Source of the DNA: Diadema setosum
Taxonomy: Eukaryota
Assembly (NCBI RefSeq): GCF_964275005.1
Contig: NW_027307649.1
Coordinates: 682,001-744,000 of the forward strand
Direction of reading: 5' to 3'
Length of the DNA stretch: 62,000 nucleotides
Both the position numbers and the translations under genes were made by a program. The notes under the pieces are model-generated. The model ran no database searches. It had not been told where the DNA came from and worked only from the letters and a program-made list of their open reading frames with translations. Below, piece after piece: positions 1 to 12,300 of this stretch. Within the stretch, counting starts at the first letter, position 1, and the number at the start of each line of letters is the position of its first letter.

Positions 1-3000
1 ACCATTTAATAAGCTACAACATATTGAAATTTGGACGAAAATCAACTAAAGAATAAGTGAGATAGGCTTGAATGAACTTGAAATTTGATGACGTCATTTT
101 GAAAATTTACTTTTTTAACTTTATTAAGAAATTTGATATATTTTAATCATTTTTCCAGCATTGCCAACCCATGAAATGACATGTACAACTCATCAGCTTT
201 CAGAATATGTAAAGAAAATGGGGGGTCACCGTCCATCCTGACGAGTAAAATCGGATTTAAAATGGGCGGTTTTTTGGCATAGTTGCACTGTATATCGCTT
301 TTGACGCGCGCGCGGAATTTCAACTTTGACGGGCCCGTATGACGTCATATTGAGTCGGATTGACTTGAAACTTGGTAGAAATATTCCTTGACATTTCAGA
401 CATTCGATCCGGGTGAAAAAACGGGAAATTTCTATTGCATATGAACTGTGCGTGCGCATATGTGCGCGCGCGTACGCGTCCGTCCAATTTTTTCAATTTT
501 TCAAAAAATGCTCCAAATGGTCTGAAACGTGTGCAAAAAAATTTTGAGCTCGATTGGAGTATACAAATATTTCGACGCGCGCGTACGCGCACGTTTTAAG
601 AGAAAATATGAACTTTCAGAATATGAGTAGAATTCGCTTAATTTGAAATATATGTGACGTACATTTCATTGAAAAATTCCATTCCATTAATGAGATATGA
701 TTGAGAATGTGTTTTCATATAATGACGTCATAGTGACGTCATGGCCGACTGATCACAATGATACATTAGATTTGTTGTCTTTAGGACATGATGCATACAT
801 GATATAATTCCGAAATTGATAGGCAGAGGACTTTCTGAGCTAACCTCTGCACAACTTTTGGGGAGAAATAAAGAAATAAATAAAGAAGAACTAGAGATTG
901 TAATTTGTCATCACTGACAAATTAAGGTGATCGATTTTTTTTTTTTTAAATCAATGATTCTAGTCCTGATAGTGCAAAGTCTCAGCTACAACATATTAAA
1001 ATCTGAGAGAAATTCACCGAAGCATAAGTAAGATAGTGCTCGATAAAGAGAGTCATGTCAATTTTCACATCTAAAAAATTCCCTCCCATAGAGATAACAC
1101 GTCATAGCAAAGATAGAAAAAGAAGTACATATGACCTTTGACCCCACTTTGCACAGACAAGATGGCATCTGAGCAAAAAAGGGTTATTTTATAAAATAAT
1201 TCCTGTAACATGGTCTTTACGTGTGCAAAATATGGGAAAGATAGGACAGATATTCACCAAAATACAGGATGAAACATCTATGACCTTTGACCCTAATTTG
1301 CATACCCAAGATGGCGTCTGAGCAAGTAGTTGTTATTATATGAAATAATGTACGTGACATGAACTAAACATGTGCAAAATATGGGGATGATAGGGGCTGT
1401 TTTTCGTGAGTTATTGCAAAGAAAGTTGCAGAGAGAAAGAAATATCTCAATACATCGAAGATAAGTTTGATTTCAACCAAGTTTTTTGACGTGATCTCGG
1501 CGTCGTATGAAAAAATGGAGGGCACATCGAGGATAGCCCAAAGTCTCAGCTACAACATATTAAAATCTGGGAGAAATTCACCGAAGAGTAAGTGAGCTAG
1601 TGCTCGATAAAGACCGTCATGTCAATTTTCATTTCCAGAAAAATTCCCTCCCATAGAGATAACACGTAAACTGGTTAAATTTGACAAGGTTACATTATAT
1701 CTATTTTCACGAGGTGAAGACATCATCCGATTAAAACTTTGATTGAAGAAAACTTAAAGAGTATTACATTGGCTACAACATACTAAAATCTGGAAGAAAT
1801 TCACCAAAGGGTAATTGAGGTAGTCGTCGATAAAGACAATCATGTCAATTTTCACATCTAGAAAAATTCCCTCCCATAGAGATAACACGTCATAATGAAG
1901 ATAAAGAAAGAAGTACATATGACCTTTGACCCTACTTTGCACAGACAAGATGGCGTCTGAGCAAAAAGTGGTTATTTTGTGAAATGATTCTTGTAACATG
2001 GTCTTTACGTATGCAAAATATGGGAAAGATAAGACATGTATTCACCAAGATACAGGATGAAACATTTTTTACCTTTGACCCTAATTTACAAACCCAAGAA
2101 GGTGCCCGATCAAGTAGTTGTTATTTTATGAAATAATGTACGTGACATAAACTAAACATGTGCAAAATATTGGGCTGATAGAGCTTGTTTTTCTTGAGTT
2201 ATTGCAAAGAAAGTTGCAGAAAGAAAGGAATATGAAAATACATGGAAGATAAGCTTTAATTTCAACCAAGTTTTTGGGCATGATGCCGACTCCGTATGAA
2301 AAAACGAAGGGTACACTTACGATAGCCCAAAGTCTCAGCTACAACATACTAAAATATGGGAGAAATTCACCGAAGCATAAGTGAGCTAGTGCTCGATAAA
2401 GATAGTCATGTCAGTTTTCATTTCCAGAAAAACTGCACTCCCATAGAGATAACACGTAAACTGGTCAAATTTGACAATGTTACATTTAATCCCTTTTTAC
2501 GAGGTGATGCCGTCATCCAATCAAATTGTTGTTATTATATATCTGAAAGACCATTTAATAAGCTACAACATATTGAAATTTGGACGAAAATCAACTAAAG
2601 AATAAGTGAGATATGCTTGAATGAACTTGAAATTTGATGACGTCATTTTGAAAATTTACTTTTTTAACTTTATTAAGAAATTTGATATATTTTAATCATT
2701 TTTCCAGCATTGCCAACCCATGAAATGACATGTACAACTCATCAGCTTTCAGAATATGTAAAGAAAATGGGGGGTCACCGTCCATCCTGACGAGTAAAAT
2801 CGGATTTAAAATGGGCGGTTTTTTGGCATAGTTGCACTGTATATCGCTTTTGACGCGCGCGCGGAATTTCAACTTTGACGGGCCCGTATGACGTCATATT
2901 GAGTCGGATTGACTTGAAACTTGGTAGAAATATTCCTTGACATTTCAGACATTCGATCCGGGTGAAAAAACGGGAAATTTCTATTGCATATGAACTGTGC

Positions 3001-6000
3001 GTGCGCATATGTGCGCGCGCGTACGCGTCCGTCCAATTTTTTCAATTTTTCAAAAAATGCTCCAAATGGTCTGAAACGTGTGCAAAAAAATTTTGAGCTC
3101 GATTGGAGTATACAAATATTTCGACGCGCGCGTACGCGCACGTTTTAAGAGAAAATATGAACTTTCAGAATATGAGTAGAATTCGCTTAATTTGAAATAT
3201 ATGTGACGTACATTTCATTGAAAAATTCCATTCCATTAATGAGATATGATTGAGAATGTGTTTTCATATAATGACGTCATAGTGACGTCATGGCCGACTG
3301 ATCACAATGATACATTAGATTTGTTGTCTTTAGGACATGATGCATACATGATATAATTCCGAAATTGATAGGCAGAGGACTTTCTGAGCTAACCTCTGCA
3401 CAACTTTTGGGGAGAAATAAAGAAATAAATAAAGAAGAACTAGAGATTGTAATTTGTCATCACTGACAAATTAAGGTGATCGATTTTTTTTTTTTTAAAT
3501 CAATGATTCTAGTCCTGATAGTGCAAAGTCTCAGCTACAACATATTAAAATCTGAGAGAAATTCACCGAAGCATAAGTAAGATAGTGCTCGATAAAGAGA
3601 GTCATGTCAATTTTCACATCTAAAAAATTCCCTCCCATAGAGATAACACGTCATAGCAAAGATAGAAAAAGAAGTACATATGACCTTTGACCCCACTTTG
3701 CACAGACAAGATGGCATCTGAGCAAAAAAGGGTTATTTTATAAAATAATTCCTGTAACGTGGTCTTTACGTGTGCAAAATATGGGAAAGATAGGACAGAT
3801 ATTCACCAAAATACAGGATGAAACATCTATGACCTTTGACCCTAATGTGCATACCCAAGATGGCGTCTGAGCAAGTAGTTGTTATTATATGAAATAATGT
3901 ACGTGACATGAACTAAACATGTGCAAAATATGGGGATGATAGGGGCTGTTTTTCGTGAGTTATTGCAAAGAAAGTTGCAGAGAGAAAGAAATATCTCAAT
4001 ACATCGAAGATAAGTTTGATTTCAACCAAGTTTTTTGACGTGATCTCGGCGTCGTATGAAAAAATGGAGGGCACATTGAGGATAGCCCAAAGTCTCAGCT
4101 ACAACATATTAAAATCTGGGAGAAATTCACCGAAGAGTAAGTGAGCTAGTGCTCGAGAAAGACCGTCATGTCAATTTTCATTTCCAGAAAAATTCCCTCC
4201 CATAGAGATAACACGTAAACTGGTTAAATTTGACAAGGTTACATTATATCTATTTTCACGAGGTGAAGACATCATCCGATTAAAACTTTGATTGAAGAAA
4301 ACTTAAAGAGTATTACATTGGCTACAACATACTAAAATCTGGAAGAAATTCACCGAAGGGTAATTGAGCTAGTCGTCGATAAAGACAATCATGTCAATTT
4401 TCACATCTAGAAAAATTCCCTCCCATAGAGATAACACGTCATAATGAAGATAAAGAAAGAAGTACATATGACCTTTGACCCTACTTTGCACAGACAAGAT
4501 GGCGTCTGAGCAAAAAGTGGTTATTTTGTGAAATGATTCTTGTAACATGGTCTTTACGTATGCAAAATATGGGAAAGATAAGACATGTATTCACCAAGAT
4601 ACAGGATGAAACATTTTTTACCTTTGACCCTAATTTACAAACCCAAGAAGGTGCCCGATCAAGTAGTTGTTATTTTATGAAATAATGTACGTGACATAAA
4701 CTAAACATGTGCAAAATATTGGGCTGATAGAGCTTGTTTTTCTTGAGTTATTGCAAAGAAAGTTGCAGAAAGAAAGGAATATGAAAATACATGGAAGATA
4801 AGCTTTAATTTCAACCAAGTTTTTGGGCATGATGCCGACTCCGTATGAAAAAACGAAGGGTACACTTACGATAGCCCAAAGTCTCAGCTACAACATACTA
4901 AAATATGGGAGAAATTCACCGAAGCATAAGTGAGCTAGTGCTCGATAAAGATAGTCATGTCAGTTTTCATTTCCAGAAAAACTGCACTCCCATAGAGATA
5001 ACACGTAAACTGGTCAAATTTGACAATGTTACATTTAATCCCTTTTTACGAGGTGATGCCGTCATCCAATCAAATTGTTGTTATTATACATCTGAAAGAC
5101 CATTTAATAAGCTACAACATATTGAAATTTGGACGAAAATCAACTAAAGAATAAGTGAGATATGCTTGAATGAACTTGAAATTTGATGACGTCATTTTGA
5201 AAATTTACTTTTTTAACTTTATTAAGAAATTTGATATATTTTAATCATTTTTCCAGCATTGCCAACCCATGAAATGACATGTACAACTCATCAGCTTTCA
5301 GAATATGTAAAGAAAATGGGGGGTCACCGTCCATCCTGACGAGTAAAATCGGATTTAAAATTGGCAGTTTTTTGGCATTGTTGCACTGTATATCGCCATT
5401 GACGCGCGCGCGGAATTTCAACTTTGACGGGCCCGTATGACGTCATATTGAGTCGGAGTGACTTGAAACTTGGTAGAAATATTCCGATCCATCCGATCCG
5501 TGTGAAAAAACGGGAAATTTCTATTGCATATGAACTGTGCGTGCGCATATGTGCGCCCGCGTACGCGTCCGTCCATTTTTTTCAATTTTTCAAAAAATGC
5601 TCCAAATGGTCTGAAACGTGTGCAAAAAAACTTTAAGCTCGATTGGAGTATACAAATATTTCGACGCGCGCGTACGCGCACGTTTTAAAAGAAAATATGA
5701 ACTTTGAGAACATGAGTAGAATTCACATAATTTGAAATATATGTGACGTGGATTTCATTGAAAAATTCCATTCCATTAATGAGATATGATTGAGAATGTG
5801 TTTTCATATAATGACGTCATAGTGACGTCACAGTCAACTGATCACAATGATACATTAGATTTGTAGTCTTTAGGACATGATGCATACATGGTATAATTTT
5901 GAAATTGATAGGCAGAGGACTTTCTGAGCTAACCTCTGCACAACTTTTGGGGAGAAATAAAGAGATAAATAAAGAAGAATAAAGAATCAGTACAGATACA

Positions 6001-6034
6001 GAAGGTGATCCGAGAGGATACTCGGATCACCTAA
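1..6034 (-). mobile_element. Tandem array (2549-bp period, at least 2.3 units) of a non-autonomous Helentron/DINE-like element
   Basis: Identical sequence starts at 1, 2550 and 5099. Junctions at 891 and 3440 read CTAG + stem-loop TAATTTGTCA-tcac-TGACAAATTA + AGGTGATC. The array ends in an A-rich microsatellite and the 12-bp hairpin AGGTGATCCGAG-aggata-CTCGGATCACCT (6003-6032). No transposase ORF. Confidence 0.75.
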
Positions 6035-6122
6035 CAAATCAATTTTTCCGAAAAAAAAGTATTGTTCATACAGCACATTGCACATAGAGTGTACATATAA
6101 GTGTACCTGATGCTATACTTAC

Positions 6123-6312
6123 ATCAGGTGTGACAGTGAAGTTGGCATTGACTGTCCTCATTTTCTCACGGTTGACATCAGCCCAGGAGATGAGAACCCC
6201 TAGGGTGGGGTCTATATGGATGTCATAAACACTGCCCTCTAGAGGCAGGATGACATCATGGGTGATTCGGCTCAGCAGCTGCCTGGCGAATTGGTCGAAC
6301 ATGTCTGCATGC
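6123..6312 (-). CDS. DNHD1: dynein HC-like exon 40
   Basis: atccag|...|gtaagt; FDQFARQLL...LPLEGSVYDIHID...FTVTPD; phase 2-0. Confidence 0.92.
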
Positions 6313-9300
6313 CTGGATGGGAGAAAACGAGCAAATCAAACAACATTCCACTCAGTTGATTTAAAAAAAAACAAAAAACAAAAACACATACAGCATTTTT
6401 CTATCTTGTTTCACAGTTCATCCACCAATAAAGGTTGTTGAGGACAACCTTCATGACAACAATAGAAGGATGGGAGCTTGAAGAAAACTGACAAGTATTC
6501 TCCTTTCACGGGGCTTAATTGATACAGTTACAGCAGATAACTTGTGATGAGACATGCAACATGCTTTGGCCAGTGCTTTCAGAAAATTCTTTCGGGGGGG
6601 GGGGGGGAAGGGGGGGGGAAGGGGGGGGAAGGGGGGGCTGGGTATGATCAACAAGACCTTTCTTTTTCATTAACTCATATATGTTTCTAAAAATGTATTG
6701 GATGTGCAAAATGAAACAATACCATGCCACTAATTTAACAACTATGTAATTCTATGATTGCGCAATTGTAAGAGTTGATAATAGTATTAAGCTTTGAAAA
6801 ACAAAAACACAGCACTGCATACAATTTTTCTTAGAAAAAGAAATTGCTATTAAACATGAAAATACATTGCATATGACTTATTCGAAATTCCATTAGCCAG
6901 TATAGATGCAATGTGAAAATTGTCAACGAAGGATATTTGAGCATTACACCTCCATAGTGCAGTGTATATAAGCTCTTAAACAATAACAACCTCATTCACT
7001 CAAAACTATGCTGTAATCTAACTTGTAAATTGGACTCAAGATCTTACTCCAAAGACCACTAGTTTTGCTAAATTTCTAGGTTCTTACCTGTCATGCAAGT
7101 GTCCACCGAAGCCCCAGACGTAGGAGAAAGTGAATATTGAGGTCAAGAGGGTCATTTTGTTGGCTGACCTCCTGGTCAGACTGGCCATGCTGGACGTTGG
7201 GGTGGGAGTGGGTGTGATACGAGGTGTCCGTCTGTCCTCTATGAAGGTGGAAGTTGACAGAAAATATATGTTAATTCTGATATCATACAGGCCATATTCT
7301 CACATACATGTGTATATTACACATCTTGTATGTGAATTGCAGGCGGGCACTTCATGGGAACGCAATCTGAAATCTTGATAATTCTCACTGCAGCCTGGAT
7401 TCACAAGTGTTGTTTAAATTGAATCCATCATTTAAATAGCTAGAATATGCATACAAATGTACCTCATTGCATATGCATGTGTCAGCGTGCATTCATTACT
7501 AGCGATGTTTCACCATACAAAATGTGTCACAACAATTCATACTTACACTTTTAGGTTAAAAAATTCCAGTCAATAAATCAGATTTAACCGACCCTTGTAA
7601 AATCCAGCCAATATGTACACACCACACAAGTTGTTTGTTCAATGTACGTACGTGTATATCACTTTCCACAGACAAAGTAAAACACGAATGAAACAAGTTC
7701 CTTTTACTGAGCTCACAGCTGAATATCTTTACTTTGAGATGACAACTTGCCTATCTTGACATCACTGGAAGAGGCAGACACGCCCCCGCTGCCATCACCT
7801 CGCTCCCTCATGATGTGGTGGTCACACATAGCCGACAGGATGCGCAGGAAGGAACCCACCTCCCGGATACCACCCTGGGCAGCCCCGCCCACCCCGCTGG
7901 CATCATCCCGGGGCAGGTCCGCCTCGAGGACGGGGACACAGCGGGTGTTGGCCAAGAAGTCCAGTGTTCGGGAGAATGTGTCGTCGATCAGATTCTGCAG
8001 AAGCTGCAAACTGCAGGAGGAAATAATGAAACACATAAAAAGACACAGCACTTGAATATTAAACCTGTTAAGACTAGTCTCAAGCATACTATGGCAGGTG
8101 TCTATGGGAAATGTGTGTTACAGAAAAATCAGCTACACGCGTAGTCCTCAATGGGCAAATGTAGACTCACGTGGTGAAGCATTGCAACAACAAATCAGCC
8201 ATTTTTGCATAACAATCATGTTGCTCTCCCGTTTTTTGGCTGGCTGCATCAGGACAACTTACATTGTACCATCAAAGATACAAGTGTACATATGTATATT
8301 GCCTGTATGACATTTACAAAATGTGTACAAGTTTTAACATTGAGAGAGTACTAAATGGTCTGTGATCCTAACTTTGAAAAGTCTCAAAAAAGCTGTAAAA
8401 AGTTTGTTTTTTACATTGGCATCAGCTGCACCAATATTTGTTTGGTGATTACGTGCACACAATTCTTGAATTATCCATCAATACTAGCAACCGGAAATGT
8501 GTGTGGCTATTTGATGCCAGCTCTATCGACCATAAAATAATAAAATTATGAATCTTAAAAGTCTAGAAGCTCTGGTCTAAAAACCCTTTTATTATATAAA
8601 CACAACGTGGCTCTGGTAATTGGGAAAAAGATGAAACTCACCAGTTATTGTTGACCTCCCACAGCGTCTGGGCATCGGACATCCAGGACTCCACCAGAGA
8701 CTTCCAGCTGACCACGCCCGAGTTGAAGTGGACAATGGAACAGCGGGACAGGATGGCCGGGGATGCGGTCGCCACAGAGCCGGTCTCAAAGATGAGGGAG
8801 GTGCAGTCTGATCAAGCAATCAAAGAGCCCAAAAATGAAAATATTCAATGTTGACAGAGATTTGGAAGAGAGAAAATGTTATCTTTTCAGCACACATCCA
8901 CTATATGTTCATAAATTGATGTTCAATTTCTTGTTTGCTGCCTATACAATGAGCACTGAAGAACCTTTCAAAGACTTCCACTAACTTTCAGAAATATTGC
9001 TTAAAACCCTATTTTTGACAAAAGACCAACTGGGACACCATTGATATAAGAGAGATAAAGAGGTAAGTTTTTGTATGTCATGGGTTAAATCATAGCCATA
9101 CAGTGCATTCTTCACATAACTACAGGATAAACACAGATTTTTAATTGGGGTACATATAGACTGGAGGCTATTAATGTGACACAATGTGGACCTATACCAA
9201 GATTCAACTTTGATGATACAGTTGTAAGAATGCAATAAGTGAGATATAAAAGGACCATTGTACATGTATCTAGAGTTCACTGGAAGGTGCCTCAAGAATT

Positions 9301-12300
9301 CAGAGAAAAGATGAGGGCACTCCTCTTCTCTTTTAATTTCTAACGGTTGAGTGGTCACCAAATTCAATTTTACATGCTACAATGTATTCTTGCCATCAAT
9401 AGCTGACTTCAAATGCAGCTTGATAACACTTTGTTTTTGTTTGTCTTTATGTTTGCCCATTTACTGGATACCTTTGTTTCCTTTTTGTTTGATGGGACTT
9501 TCAAGTGAATGTTGCAACTAGCCTAAAGAAGGGAAGTGCACACGCACAGTGTACAACACAACATTAAAGCAAGTTTAATATCTCTTTATAATAGCAGTAG
9601 TCACAAGGCAGGACCAGTCTGTCCCTATAAACTCACCTGGCATCAGCAGCTTCTCCCCGCTGGACAGCGTGGAGCTACCCCGCCCGACGCTGCTCCGCCC
9701 GCTGCCCACCATGCCGGCCAGGGTCTCCACCCAGCGGGGGTCCACAGCCCCGTCCAGCACCACCCACTTGTGGATGACAGTGGGCGGGTTCAGCATGCCC
9801 TTGGTGGCGTTCTTCTTCTTGTTCTCGCGCAGCTCCTGCTGCATGGTCTGTGCCGTCTCCATGGACTGGCCCGAGTCATAGATCAGCGAGGTGAGCAGGC
9901 CGTCAACCCAGCGGTGCTTCTCGGGGTCAAAGCGGCCAATCAACTGCAAACGAGGGGGGAAAAATGCAGCGATTACATAATAACATGACAGTCACATGAC
10001 CAAGCGAGCACATACAACTGTATATGCCATATTAACTCAAATAGTAACATTCTTGCTTTGAATCTCTTGTCAGATTTGCTTCAAATTACACAGTGCCATG
10101 CTGTTAACCGAAATCAAAACAAGACATATTTTCTTATTCCACTATGGTGAAAAGGAACCATGGACACTGCCATTAGGAAAGTGACTACTGAAAACTTGAT
10201 TTGAGCCTTTGAGCCTTTATTAGTGCACATAGCAAATTATTATTCATCAATTCTCTAATTTTGACTTTGCAAGATGCAAACATACATTTATACTGAACTA
10301 ATTCATCTGAGACACCTGGAAGTTGGGTTCCACAAAGAATTCTTTGTGGTTGTGGATTAAGGAATAAAGGTTATCAACTGAAATAACTTTTCACCAAGCA
10401 GTACAATAGAGCCAAGGGGAACACTGTCCAATAAATGAACAAACATCACAAGAGCATTTGTACTCTTGCATTTTGCAGAAATTGAAACATTACACAGAAC
10501 ATCAAACTGACCCTTCCTCACCCAAACACTACCCTGAACATCAAACTGACCCCTCCTGGCCAGAACATCTCCCAAGGCAAACTGACCTGTTTGTCGGACA
10601 GCGTGGCCGGGTAGATGACCGAGGAGTCCACCCGGGGGTAGGACACCTTTTCCGCACCACGCGTGGCAACGTCCATCCAGTGTAGGGTCATGAAGGACAC
10701 CACCTCAGCTTTTCTCCTCAGCCGATCTATCCCATGGGACAGTGGCCGGTGGGGGACAGCATCCAGCCCCTATGGGATGATGATGATTTATGAGAGCAAC
10801 TTAATCTGCTTTCATGTCATTTCATCAATGTCAAGTTCACTCATCAATTTTCTGACATGACTATTTCTTCTGTCAATCATTCATTCATCAACTGCTCAGT
10901 TCATGGATACAATAACTGATTTATTGATTGCTTTTCATTCCTTTGTTCATTCATTCATTCATTCATTCATTCAGCCATTCATTCACAACTTCACTCAATG
11001 ATTCATTCATCCATTCATTTAGTCATCTCGTGATTCCACTCCATTCATTCAGTCATGTCAGCATTATAATCTCCAAATCAACAGGAGTACATGTACTTCA
11101 CTGACACACAGTAATACCCTCTTGTATATAGCATCAAAGAACAGATTCCTGGTCTGGCAGAGCAGACCGGAGACCCCTTAGGAAACCAAGCGGTCAATTT
11201 ATCCAACTGCACAAAGAAGTACACTTTTTATTTCGGAGCTCCATTGTGGGGACAATGGTCCTCCTAGTGTATATTTTGGACAAAGTCTTACTCCAAAGTT
11301 GTCCCAATTAAGTGGTGGCAACTGTACAATAGAGTCATTCTTGATAGGTTTTGGTCCCTAAAACACACTACAGGCCTGTCCCTCCCACTGTGAAACCCAA
11401 GGTTATACTGACCGGTACTTTGGGCCCTCCCATGGGGGCCATGGGCCCATTGTCCTGGGATGGCGGGTTTGACTGCAGGCTGTTGAGGACCCTACAGAGA
11501 GTGTGGTAGCACACCGTCTTGCCAGTCCCTGCGGGACCCACCAGCACCACACCCGACTTGTGGCGGAGGGATTCGTAAAGCTCCAGCACCTGTTGAGATT
11601 AAGGTGATGATAATGATGACGATGGCGACAATGAGGATTCTGGTAACAAATTATGAATGATCACAATAACAATTATACCACTCCTGCTACTACAACTATA
11701 TTCAAAGTGATACTACAAATAACACTGCTACTAATGATGGTAATAAGAAAAAGCAGAGGATAAAGATGATGAAAAAGATATTGAAGAAGAAAAGAAAGGC
11801 TAGAAGAAGATGATGAAGAAGATGTTAAAGGAGAAGAAAAGCAATCACATTTGTTTGTTTGTATGTTTGTCACATTCACAGAGTACAGCTGTATGTTGAT
11901 ACATAAATGATTTAAGGGGCAACTAAAAAACAAACATTTTTTTCACACTTGAACACTCAATACATACACAAACACACACAATAAAAAGAAACACCCACAC
12001 ACATTCACATGAGGCAGCCACAAGTGATTCAGTGATTTCCAAGAGGGGGTAGCTAAGGGCAGTTCAGGGGGGCTGAAGGGTTGTTAACTGCACCACCATC
12101 TACCACTCTACCACCCCTTTGCACACTTTTACCTTGGACACATGTTGGGGTGTGGCCTGCAGCTTGTCAGCCACAAACTGGCTCTGGATGGCATCCACCA
12201 GGGCGGGGTCGTGCTCCGCGGCCCCCTGGGCCCGGGCCCCGTGGCCCAGGCCCCAGGGGAAGACGCAGCGGAGCATGTTGCGAAGGGCAATGCCGTCCTC

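Noticed and set aside
976..5130. CRISPR-like regularly spaced motif (GCTACAACATA...)
   Set aside because: The spacers are 200-570 bp and homologous to each other, the context is eukaryotic, and there are no cas genes.
226..5681. Repeated 74-90-aa ORFs in the tandem array
   Set aside because: No recognisable domain and no Rep/helicase motifs; they recur only because the DNA is repeated.
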